Shown one piece after another: positions 1 to 12,332 of a stretch of DNA of 64,000 nt. The translations under genes were made by a program, and so were the position numbers. Numbering within the stretch: position 1 is the stretch's first letter; the number at the start of each line of letters is the position of its first letter. This stretch comes from Octopus sinensis. Lineage: Eukaryota. The stretch is taken from contig NC_043006.1 in the NCBI RefSeq assembly GCF_006345805.1, forward strand, positions 54,808,001 through 54,872,000, given 5' to 3'. The notes beneath the pieces were generated by a model. That model was given only the letters and a program-made list of their open reading frames with translations, made no database searches and was not told the DNA's origin.

Positions 1-1626
1 ACCAACAGTTCACCTGTAGTTACATTTTGGAATGACCAGAAGTAGATGGACAAAGAGGAAGTGCTTTCTGGGATAGGAGATTGTGAAGACCGGTTTGGTA
101 TCCGTGTGTATGTGTGGGTGTGTACGCATGTGTGTGCAGTGGCGCGTGTGTGTGTGTGCATGGTAGTATGTGTGTGTTGCAGTAACTGAGTGTGTGTGTG
201 TGCTTGCATGGTAACATGTGTGTATGTGATGGTAACTGTGTGTGGTATTAATTGTTTACATGTATTGATATGAGTGATTTGCGTGTGTCTGTTAATGTCA
301 CAGTGAGAGGGCGGCGGCTATGGTGACAGGTGTATGTATGGGTAGTTATATGTTTTTCATATGTGTGTAGATGGGATGGTCAGTAGAAGGGTGTTTGAGA
401 GGCAGTCTGAAGAGTATGTGAATGGGTGGGTGTGGATGTGTGTGTATGTTGGCATGTGTACATTGAGTGGGAATGTGTGTATATACAGGCTTGGCCAAAA
501 GTCACCTGGAAGTAAATCAAAACCATTTAATTCCAAGATTTGCTTATGTTTAACAACTGAATGAATTTAATAAAAGCACCTAACTATGAAACCTCATGAA
601 AATTGTTCAAACTGAAGTCCTTCTCAAGCAACACATTTCCCCATTCAAGTCAACACAGAATTACTGATAGTATTTATGGAATTTTGATTTACTGTTGGGT
701 GACTTATGGCCAACCCTGTATGTATGGCTATGAGATGTTTTAGCCTTACTGTTTGATGCTGACTTATTTGACATCAGATGTTTTGCTGTTTCTCTCATTC
801 ACACACACACACACACACACACACTTTTTGTCTCTATCCCTGTCTGTCTGTCTGTCTCTATTTCTGTATGTATGTGTGTGTTTGCTTCCAGTGCCAAAAA
901 GTGCTGTCCTCAAAACAGACTGAATGCCCAGTCATCCATGCTGAATAATTTACTTCTAAACAGCTGTGCCCAGTTGTCTCAATGCTTAGGTGTATTTGTG
1001 TATATATATATATATATATCATTATGCTTTGTTATCAATGTGTTATGTCTAAGTCAGAGCAGTAGATGCCAGATGTTTTATCATTATCATTCATACAATC
1101 ACTCATTTATCTACTCCACTGTGCCAGCAGTTAAGCTGTTAGCTTAGGAGTACATGAGCACACTTCTGTGTGTATATGTGTGCGTTGTGTGCATGTGTAA
1201 ATGTGTGTGTGTGTGTGTGTGTGTGTGTGTTGTGTGTGTGTGTGTGTGTATACACTTCTCTGTTGGAACCGTTTCATTTGCAGACACTGTTGCTATTTGA
1301 AAAGGCATGACTGGCAGAACACAACTTCACAGCTCTTTTAAAAAACACCAAATGTTATGCCAATATAAAGACCATCATCATCATCACCATCATTATCATT
1401 ATCATTATAATCAAACCCCCCCAACATTCACTATCAACATCATCATCATCATTATAATTATCATCACCATCATCATTATTATGTAGTACTGCTTACCGTG
1501 GCAAAAGTACAATGTAGAAATTTGAATTGAAATCATTCTATCACTTTCCTACAGCTATTCTGATATGATCTGGTATATTTAGTAGATTAGTAGGATTAAA
1601 TGTTCTGCAGAAAAGATGTAGAATAG

Positions 1627-1852
1627 GGTGGCAGGCTGGCAGAAATGTTAGCATGCTGGGTGAAATGCTTAGCAGTATTTTGTCTGTCTTTACGTTCTGA
1701 GTTCAAATTCTATCGAGGTCGACGTTGCCTTTCATCCTTTTGGGGTTGATAAATAAAGTACCAGTTATGCACCAGGGTCGATGTAATCGACTTAATTCCT
1801 TTGTTTGTCCCCTCTATGTTTAGCCCCTTGTGGGCAATAAAGAAATAAGAAA
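1627..1852 (+). mobile_element. tRNA-derived SINE, family 1 (core GTCGACTTTGCCTTTCATCCTTT..GGGGTCGATAAA..AGTACCAG, Nin/Deu-domain-like)
   Basis: A-box (tggcagaaatgtta) and B-box (gagttcaaattc) followed by the conserved core. Other copies at about 14765-14973(-), 33820-33960(-), 42030-42170, 45518-45735, 50910-51137, 54315-54420(-) and in two arrays. Confidence 0.85.
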
Positions 1853-2339
1853 AGATGCAGAATATGTGTTGGTGATTCCTGAATATATTTTACTGTCATA
1901 GTCATTTGCCATTGATTCAAAAACTGCATCTTGTTTTACATGGTAGGAAATTTTTCTCCTTTATTAATCATGGTCTTATGGTGTGTAGCTTCTTAGTAAC
2001 ATTCAAAGCTACTAGCCTCAAATTGCATCCTCTGCTACCAAGTTGTGAAATTGCTTCATCATCATCATCATCATCATCACCATTTTAATATCCATTTTTC
2101 CATGATTGCATAGATTGGACAGAGCTTATTGAGGCATATTTTCTATGGCTGGATGCTCTTCCTGTTGCCAACCCTCACCTGTTCCCAAGCAAGGTAATAT
2201 TCCTCCATGGCTGGACATGTGTTTACAGAATATTGAAAATGGATGACGCTACATGTATGTCAGTGACACTCATTTATAACTGTCATGTGGTGTCAAGACA
2301 AGGAGACACAAACATGCATTTCATGGTTAATTTTCTAAA

Positions 2340-3620
2340 TTGTCTTTTTCTTTGAATTTTGGGAATAGTGTTTGCTTAATATTCTGTTTTAACCTGGATT
2401 TGAAGATGATTGTTGATATGGCTGACTTCTGATGAGGTTTTGAACTAGGAAGGTATGAGTGTGAAGCCAGAAGCTATGAATGTGACTGAATTTTCAAGAT
2501 AATTGTTTTCAGTCACCATTTTGTGGGAACCAGTTGTCTCTTGAAGAGCTGCATTTTTTACAACTTGCATTTTCTTTTATGATGTGTCTGATGCTAGGGA
2601 ACTCCAGATTGGACATTTATAATCAAGAATTGGTCCCACCAATTATTTTGTAGGTTGCAATATTTGCAAATTTATTCTGTTCCCAAGTACTGCCAATGAT
2701 TTAAGAACCTTGTTACTTTGTTGAGCATAACCTGTCATTATTCTACAATGTGGTAAGAAAGTGAACATTGTGTTAAATGTGACTTTTAATTGTTGCTCTA
2801 CAGATAGTGTATTCCTAGAAACTTGGACTTGTAGATGTTGATGGAAGTGAGGTGAACACAATCACAGTTGATTTAGGTACTCTGTACCTGCAGAAAAGAT
2901 ACTGGAGTTGGACAGGTTCTGTCTATTGGTGATCAAATCTGGATGAGACTGGAACAAAAACTGCATTGGACTACCTGATGAGTTTGAGCTGCCCATTCTT
3001 AGGTGTTAGTGCCTTGGAGATATTAAATTTGAAGTATGAAAGAAAGGCACAGCTTTCCCAGCAAACTCCAAGTTTCAGGATTCTACCCTTAGATAACTGC
3101 TCTCATTGTTTTTATTTGTCTACCCCTGAAATACACTGCTAGCTTCTTGTAATGCTCTTTGGGAAAGTGTTATCATAGGAATCTAACAAACTGCAGTGGT
3201 TGACAATATCAAAGGCTTTGTTAAGTGTAGTGCCACAGTAATTGTCCAGAGCTAGTGTTTTTTAATCAAATTCAGCTGCATTTGATGCTAAGAATTGCAA
3301 AGATCTGAAGTTGTAGAGTTGTTACCTGAATTCATGCTGGTGATCTTGGAGGTTTAGATGGAAATTGATTATGAGTAGAAAGTACTTTTAATTGCAACTG
3401 AACTGATAAAAGACACTGGTCTGCTTGATGATAAGTTAGTTTTAGCCTTGCTAGGCTTCAAAAGAAAGATAATTGTCGAGGTTTTCTAAATTGCCAGGAT
3501 TTGACAGTTTTTTTTTAGTGATATATTAAACCTAGTTGTCAGTTGCATGTGTACAATACCACGTTTGCATTCTTCAAATGAAATATTATCAAGCAGACTG
3601 GACTCTCAGCTTTTATGATT
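2340..3620 (-). mobile_element. Decayed non-LTR retrotransposon RT fragment (I/Jockey-like)
   Basis: Minus-strand translation across stops and frameshifts gives QHEFR, LNKAFDIVNH (LSKAFDTVNH-type), LKVTFNTMFTF (LGVTFD-type), NKVLKSLA, and PILDYKCPIWS...KKMQVVKNAAL, in the expected RT order. Ends approximate. Confidence 0.7.
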
Positions 3621-6323
3621 TTTAAGTCTTTTCTTTTTTCAATCTTATGCTACCCTTTTTGTTAAGATCAAGAAAACAAAACGATATTGATTTTTATGGT
3701 CATTACATGACATTTGTAGTCTGACACATGTCTGGTTGCATTGCTGGATTGTGCCACCACCACTGCCACTGCCATCCTCCATCTCCTCCTCAACACCACC
3801 ATCATCATCATCATCATGGTGGTGCTTTCTTCTCTAATTAATAACGCATTCAATCAATCATGCTTAGTTTTCAGTTTTGTCTTGCTTAGTTTGTTATGAT
3901 AATAAAAAGAAAATATGCATGAAGCAGTCCTGTTTATCATCCTTTAGTGTAAGAATGTGTAAGTGTGTGTTCGTGTGTGTTCTTTAGTTCTTTCTTCTGT
4001 TTGTTTTAGCTATCATGGCTGAACCCATGCTGGAGCTCTGCTTTATCTGTTTCTATACGTTTGTCATTGTGTAACAAGAACATATACAATTACGCATTAA
4101 ATACATAACACATAATTTATAGCACTATATTACTGTGTTTACCACCCAACTCTAACTGAATGTTCTGCACCATGTTCTATCATTATTAGTAACAACAGCT
4201 AAGCCTCTTTGCTGAATACTTTTCCTTCCTCTCTATGAATCATGGGCAAACTGTAGTCTGTAGGACTTTCTGAATGGCACATTTGACAAAACAAATTACC
4301 TTGAATTTTTTTAGTTGTGCAACCTGCCTGATGATGAGTCATGCCCCATGTGGCCTGCTTCCCCAAAAAAGGTTACCCATGCTTGCTGTATAATTACATC
4401 TCCTTTCTCCCCACCCCATCAATCGTCCTTTCTGCATCTGAGCCCTGCCATTGATTTAATTAATCTCTTCTCTTCTCTCTGCCCAAACAAGTTAACTGAT
4501 TGCTTGGACAAGTAATTCTCTACCCTAACTTGTGTCCACTCTTTGCAGGCTGCTACATGCTGTTTGTCTTGCTTGTGCTAACTGTTGACTTCATTGTCAC
4601 TATATTTACACCTTATTATAAAAAATACCGTCTCTCTATTTGTTCTGTGGTTGAATGTAAACAAGATCACAATCGCTGATAGCATAGTCAACAAACATCT
4701 TGTTATTAGACATTATCATGGTTATATCCCCAATGGAGTTCCATAATGTAAGATTGTTGTATGGGTAAACTGAAAATGTTAATGAGTGCAAACAGGATGA
4801 GACTTTAGAAATCTTGAACCAAGTACATTTTAAATATATTTAATGATTAAAATAGTTTCCCCCACATTGTATGAAATACTGGAAAATCAGGTCTTCCAGT
4901 TGTTTACACTAATAGAATTAAAGTATCTACCTGCTCCACTAAATACATTGTATAACTTAGGTAGAAGACATCCACAAAGAGGAAAGTCTTCCTTTCTTTT
5001 TTTGTTTTCTTTTGCTTGATTTTAAGACTAATTTCACAAACTAATTTTAGATTTCAAGAATAGTTAATACCAAGCAATCTTTTTCTTTTTATTTTCCTTG
5101 ATATTCTGAAGGGAAATATTTAGCATTTTTCTTCTTGTATTGTTTAGATAATTAATTGGTTTCCAATTAGTCAATTAATTTCTATGCTAGTCCTCAACCC
5201 TTCACAAACATTCAGTCAAGTTTCTCAGATAGTATTAAATAACTTCTTATAAAATGTTTTAACATTTTCAAATAGTAAAGTGTTCAGAAATACAAGTAAT
5301 ACTCAAAAATATTCTATATAGAAGGTAAAAATATATGATACGTAAGTCATTTACAGATAGAAGACATACACAAGTTTTCCAATATAAATATAGAAGGCAT
5401 ATGTAATCTTACTTATTAAAACTGAAAATGTGTGTGTGTGTGTGTGTGTGTGTATCTATGTCCTCATTTTGCACCAAAACAGCTTGGCTGATTTTTCTTA
5501 AACTTCACACGCACATTGCTTAAGTGTCTGAAGAGGTTTTAAGTATAAATTGATTTTAAAAAAATGTTCGGGTAAATGGTGGGAGGAATAACATTTGGGC
5601 GCTGTTGAACAGCGGGCGTAATTATTTTGAGTTTCCAAGGGAAATAACCCCTTCTCTCCTTCATAAATTAGGGGTTTTAAGCTTCCAAGAGAAATAATCC
5701 ATTCCCTCCTTTGTAAATTATTTGGTAAAAATGAAACTGAATATACTTATTTCTTAGTATTTGAACTATTTTAGTTATTTTCTCAATTTATCCAGTACAA
5801 GGCTTAAACAAGTTAATAGTATTCTCCTAAACAATAGATCCACTTATTTCGGTTAGTGATTTATTCACGAATATACCAACTCTAGCACTGCTGAGGGTCA
5901 TATTCTCTGGGAACACACAAAAGCTTTTTTTACAGTTAATTACTTTGAATTTTTATTATCTCATATCTGATTAGCCTGTTATTACATAACATGAATCACA
6001 AGTTTAGTATTTCCTCCTATGTTCTATATACTCTTGGAACATATTAAAGTCCTTTTTAGGGCTACTTTATTTGAATTCTTACTATAGGGTAATTAATTTC
6101 ATGTTATTATATAACTGACTTCACAATTTGGGTATTCATAAGTTATTGGGAATTCCTAAAAACAAGATCCTTTGTAAGACAGTTCAGTATCCTCAATAAA
6201 TACACAAAAACCATTTTAAGGGCTACATACATTGTATTGTTGTTACTGGATTAGCGAAACAATTATGAGAATGGAACCAAGGGATAAGCCTGCTTTCCCG
6301 GGAATTACCGAGCATGTCACCTG

Positions 6324-6366
<43 letters not shown>

Positions 6367-6378
6367 TATGTGTGTGTG

Positions 6379-6415
<37 letters not shown>

Positions 6416-6511
6416 ATAATAATATTAGGGAATAAATCCAAACTTACAGGGAAAAATTAGATTTAGGATTAAATCCAATTTTATAGTATAAATATATTAT
6501 ATTATATTATA

Positions 6512-6712
6512 TTAAATTAGAGATAAAACCACTATTAGGCAAATCAAACAGTGAAAAACATAAGCCAATACATAAAATTAATTTAAAAATATAAAAGTTA
6601 AAATTTAAAAAATTATTTAAATAATTTAAACTTATAAATTTTAAATATATATATACAAATATATATTTGTCACTGTTTGATTTGCCTAATAGTGGTTTTA
6701 TCTCTAATTTAA
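6512..6712. repeat. Fold-back inverted repeat with perfect 43-bp arms
   Basis: 6512-6554 is the exact reverse complement of 6670-6712. Confidence 0.95.
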
Positions 6713-6765
6713 CATAATATATATATATATTATATATATATATTATATATATATATATATATATA

Positions 6766-7345
6766 TCATCATCATCATTTAGCGTCTGCTTTCCATGCTA
6801 GCATGGGTTGGACGGTTCAACTGGGTCTGGGAAGCCAGAAGGCTGCATCAGGCCCAGTCTGATCTGGCAGTGTTTCTACGGCTAGATGCCCTTCCTAACG
6901 CCAACCACTCCGTGAGTGTAGTGGGTGCTTTTTATGTGCCACCTGCACAGGTGCCAGACGGGGCTGGCAACCGGCCATGGACGGATGGTGCATTTTACGT
7001 GCCACCGGCATGGGGGCCAGGCGAGGCTGGCAACAGCCATGAACGGATGGTGCTTTTTACGTTCCACCGGCACGGAGGCCAGTCGGGGCGGCGCTGGCAA
7101 TGGCCACGATCGGATGGTTCGCTTACTTGTCACCGGCACTGGTATCACAGCTGCAATTTCCATTGATGTTGATCGACTTCGATTTTGGTTCTGCTTTCTG
7201 ATATCTGATTTGATTTGATTTGATTGTGATTTTGATTTTGACTTTCACTTGCCTCAACGGGTCTTCACAAGTGGAGTTTTGTGTCCCAAGAAGGAAAGGT
7301 ATGTATAAGTCGACTGGCTACATACCAGGTAGAGGCCATGGATTA
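6766..7345 (-). mobile_element. RTE LINE 3'-UTR-only copy
   Basis: Reverse complement of 13430-14238-type sequence, with a (CAT)n tail at 6766. Shorter tail copies at about 2058-2300, 7798-8054, 18795-19045, 27990-28270, 36538-36827, 43880-44100, 47988-48270 and 49355-49560. Confidence 0.85.
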
Positions 7346-8510
7346 TGGTCTCACTAGTCATGCTTATTATAGCCTCGAGCCAACCAAAACCTTGTGAGTG
7401 GATTTCGTATTCAGAAACTGAAAGAAGACTGTCATATATATGTCTATATGTGTGTATGTGTGTGTCTGTGTCTTGTGTTTGTACCCCCACCATTGCTTGA
7501 CAACTGATGTTGCTGTGTTTACATTCCTGCAACTTAGCGGTTTGGTAAAAGACACTGACAGAATGAGTACTAGGCTTACAAACAATAAATCCTGTGGTTG
7601 ATTTCTTCAACCAATGGCAGTGCTCCAGCATGGCTGCAGTCACATGACTGAAACAAGTAAAGCAATAAAAATCTATGCCATTTTAATCCTGAGTAAGGCC
7701 GGGTATCTCTGCTAGTTTTATATAAGTACAAAATACATAGGTATTCCTTGTATTATAAACAGAATCAAATATATATATATATATATGTATATATATATCA
7801 TCATCATCATCATCATCGTTTAGCGTCCGTTTTCCATGCTAGCATGGGTTGGACGGTTCTACTGGGGTCTGTGAAGCCAGAAGGCTTCATCAGGCCCAGT
7901 CAAATCTGGCAGTGTTTCTACGGCTGGATGCCCTTCCTAATGCCAACCACTCCGTGAGTGTAGTGGGTGCTTTTTACGTGCCACCCGCACAGGTGCCAGA
8001 CAGAGCTGGAAAACGGCCACGAACGGATGGCGTTTTTTATGTGCCACCGGCACGTATATATATATATATATATATTATTAATATTTAGCAGAAGCAACAG
8101 AGTGACTATTTGCATCACCAAACCTATACATAGTTGTCCAAATGTTTCATATGTCAGAAGAAAACAGGCACTCATATATTAGGTAATAGAGTGGGTATAT
8201 TATTAATATTTTTGTAAAATTCTAGTCTCATGATAGTCAATATATTATCAAATGGTTTCATGCTGAAGAAGGAGAGGCAAATTCAATAATCATCAAATAT
8301 GGCTGAATGGTCAAAAGACCATACTTTTCTATATAACCATATCCGATGGTTGCTCTTCTTTTTTGGCATAAAATCAGTTCATATAATACATTGGCTATCA
8401 TATGTCTATAATATTATATGAATTATAATTACACACATATATAGGACTGAAGTATATTTATAATTATTTTATTCATTACTGGTGTCAGTCATTGGATTGT
8501 GATTATGCTA

Positions 8511-9848
8511 TAAAGGTTCAGGTATGGAAGCAAGGTGTAGAGGGGCCTTAGAGTTAACCTAGCAAAAACCAAAGTCTTAGTAAGTAGGAAGGTAGACAAA
8601 CCACAAATTCCTTCAAGTAGACAACCCTGCTTGATCTGTAGGAAAAGCGTAGGTAGGAATTCCATAAGATGTACCTGGTGGAAGCTATGGACACAAAAGA
8701 GGTGCGGCAATATCAAGGGATGGTTAACAGGGAAAATAGCTTTTGTGTGCAGAAGATGCACACGTACAATAATCACCAAAAATGTACAGAAAACATATTC
8801 CATCACATGCCAGGAGAAAAACTAGAAATAGTTGATAGCTTCTGTTATCTAGGTGACTAAGTCAGTAGTGGAGGTGGGTATTCTGAGAGTGTAGCTTTGA
8901 GAATAAGATTAGGCTGGGCAAAGTTCAGAGAGCTCCTACCTCTGCCGGCAACAAAGTACTCTTCCTCAGAGTTAAAGGTAGATTGTATGATGCCAGTGTG
9001 TGAATAGCTATGCTATACAGCAGTGAAACATGGCCTGTGACAGTGGAGGACATGCATAGGCTTCAAAGAAATGAAACCAGTATGTTTCACTGGATGTGCA
9101 ACGTCAGTGTGCATGTTTGACAGAGTGTAAGCATCTTGAGAGAAAAGTTGGACATAAGTAGCATTAGATATGGTGTGCAAGAAAGATGACTGCTCTAGTA
9201 CGGTCATGTGATGTGTATGGATGAGGACAGCTTTGTAAAGAAGTGCTGATCTCTAACTATAGAGGGAGCCTGTTGTAGAGGTAGACCCAGGAAGACATGG
9301 GACGACATGGTAAAGCATGATCTTTAAACTTTGGGCCTCACCAGTGACTGAAACCTTTGGTAATATGCTGTGCTTCAGAAGACCTGTCAAGTCAAGTGTA
9401 ATCGTAGTCATGGCTGATGCTGGTGTCACATAACAGGCACCTTTGTCAGTGGCACGTAATAAGCACCTTTTGAGCATTGAGCCTCACAGAGGCAAAGTGG
9501 CTGATGCCAGTTGCATGCGAAAAGCTCCTTCTAAGTGTTGGGCCTCATGGAGGCAATGACCAAGACCCTTGGCATTATGTTGTGCTTGAGAAGGAAACCC
9601 ATCAAGCCAATTAAAATTGCAGCGATGGCAGATACTGGTGTCACACGAATGGCACCTGGACTGGTGGCATGTAAAAGCACCCAGTACACACTCAGAGTGG
9701 TTGGCATTAGGAAGGGCATCCAGCCATAGAAACCATGCCAAATCAGACTGGAGTCTGGTGCAACCTTCCAGCTATCAGTCCTGTCAAATTATCCAACCCA
9801 TGTCAGCATGGACACCCAACACTAAATGATGATGATGATGATGATGAT
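8511..9848 (+). mobile_element. 5'-truncated, degenerate RTE-clade LINE with 3' UTR and (GAT)n tail
   Basis: Colinear with 12540-13420 (LRVNLAKTKVL, zinc finger, EIVDSFCYLGD); multiple stops and frameshifts; ends in the shared 3' tail and GAT repeats. Confidence 0.9.
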
Positions 9849-11542
9849 ATTTCATCAAAGTGCAAAGTTATGCATTTTGGTTTCCATTTGCCAAATTTCA
9901 CTCACAAGAAGGTTATAGTATGAAATACTTCCCTAAGATGCTGCACTCTGAGATCAACTTATAACAATATGATAATAAAGATAGCTTGTTAATCACATGA
10001 CTATGGCAACAGTTATTTGTTTATATATAAGTTTTGCTATGAGTGCTGCATTTATCTCATTTATTGCAGTTTTTTGGCTCTTTAAGATATAATTTTCTAT
10101 AGTATCTGTAAACATATATTCCTTGTATATGTCATAGCACTTTACTGATTAGAATGGAGAATTCTTGCATAATTGATGAAGTCATTTGTGTGTAAGACTA
10201 CATAGTCATGTTTCATAAGTATACATTTATATGAAGTGTATTTGCATATGTGTGTACGTTTATCAATGTATATGTATGTAGATGAAAAAATGTTCATAAT
10301 TTGGACAATAGTCTGACATGTCTAAGTAACTTCCTCTTTTGGAGTGGACAAATGGAAGAAAGTGCCACTCAACATATTTGATAGGCGTTACATATATAAC
10401 TTAATAACATTTTTTTACCTAGATATCTGATGAGATAGGTTTGTTAAATATATTTTTATGAGGAAAAGGCTGACAGTAACTTTGAGACTTCAGTGTTTGC
10501 TAGCTTTGTCAGGCAGTTTGATGAAGTCAGTGAGTGGTAAAACTTGAAGTCTCTATCAACATTTTCTTTGTAAATATGTGTGCATATGTGTGTTCATACT
10601 AGAGAAGCCTGTTATTGTGATCAGTTTGTGACTCATTGTGATAACAGTAACTGATTGATAACATTAGCCATGATTATAAGTTTCTTACACTATACATTCA
10701 TATATACAGCTCTCAAAACCAAAATTAACCTTTTGGTTAAGATAAAAATGTATTATAAATTCTCTTAGAACATATACATACATGAAAACTAGATAAATGA
10801 ATGACAACAGTCTGGATCTTGTTTGGATGTATGTGTGTATGAAAGAAATAGTTATAGACAGACTGAGTATGAAAGTAGAACATTAGGTACAGCAGATATA
10901 TTCAATTGATTACCAGCCTGATCGTTGATCAAAAGAAGACAATAATGTGTTCAGTTGACTTGTTATCAGTAATAGATAAGTTCTGATAGCTATTCATAGA
11001 ATTAGTTATGACCCAGTGAGCTGTTTTTCAAATAAGCTATGCTAATCTTTAGAATAATGAATAACCGATTGGATTACCCTGCTCAATGGTTTTCAGTTCA
11101 AATCTCTAACAGAAATTTTGCTGTGCTTCTGGGGCAGAGTGCTTTATTCTTCATTGCTTTGGTTTACATAGTTGTTGGAAAATAGTTATAATTTGTGTGT
11201 GTGTGTGGGAAGGTTGCCTGCAAGCGACCTTACACCATAAAGCCAGAACTAAGTAAGAGCTGATCCTTAAAAACCTTTGAAGAATTAGAAGCATTTATAT
11301 TTAGATTTTATAAAATATAAATGACTGGCTGTAGGAAGCATGTGTAAGAAATATAAGTAAAATGTGGTAATACAAATGTAATATTGTAAGAAATATCATA
11401 TGATTAGTGTTGTATGGTATGCTCATCATCTATTGACTAGTTTGAACTTGGATTATGTATCATGATAGAGAAGTCACATATCTTGTTTCATAATTACAGT
11501 CCTAAGTTTGGCATAAACATGTCATTAATGTTAGGGTCTTAA

Positions 11543-11764
11543 CCCTTTTGTTACCATATTTCTGTTGAGATGCTCTGTGTTTCTTTCAATTAATTTTAGA
11601 TATAACAAAGTATCAAGTAAAATAACTTAGTTATCATTAAGCTAGTGTTAGGAACATAAATTGTGACTAAGGTTTGGTGGAAAATTTTAATTCAAAACAT
11701 ATAAAAACAAGACATTTGTACTACAGAACCAGAGCCAGTTTCAGCCAGGTTGGTAACAAAAGGG
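11543..11764. mobile_element. piggyBac-like MITE (family B)
   Basis: TTAA|CCCTTTTGTTACC...GGTAACAAAAGGG|TTAG; same family as 46469-46691. Confidence 0.75.
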
Positions 11765-12332
11765 TTAGAAGAACAATATGGCTTATATTTCACTGTTTTG
11801 TCCCCGTCTCTTCTACTGTTATTGTTTTGTCATCTCTTCTGCAGTTTCACTACTTGGTCTTTTTTACCACAATTATAATTTCTTCTGTTCCTCTAAACTA
11901 TTAAGTTTTATACTGTCCCTTGTCCAGCCTCATCTGATGAACCGGTTTCTCTTCTCCTCAGTATCTTTATTGTGTCTCACTTATCCTTTGAAAACTCTAT
12001 ACAAAACACTTAAAAAAAGAATCCTATCTAACTGGCCTCTCTCTAGGCATTAATTTATAGAAGGTGAGGTAAGCATCATCCTCAATAACCTCACCAGTCT
12101 TGGAGGGAAATGTAAAGGTCATGACCATTATCCTCTCTTCTGACCAGAACAGAAATAATATGCAGAGAAGGCAGATTTAGTTGAGATAAGAAATAACTGG
12201 GATAAGCTGTTATTAATGAGATTACAATTATCTGGTCTGTTAACTTCATATTTAGAGTGTATTCATTTGTTTTATTTTTCCATGCTAGTATGTGTTAGAA
12301 GAATACATTATGATAATAAATAATAATAATTA

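Noticed and set aside
5590-5625. WALLNSGR, similar to ANKRD29 LLLNSGR
   Set aside because: Lies inside a repeat-like element with no splice sites; chance match.
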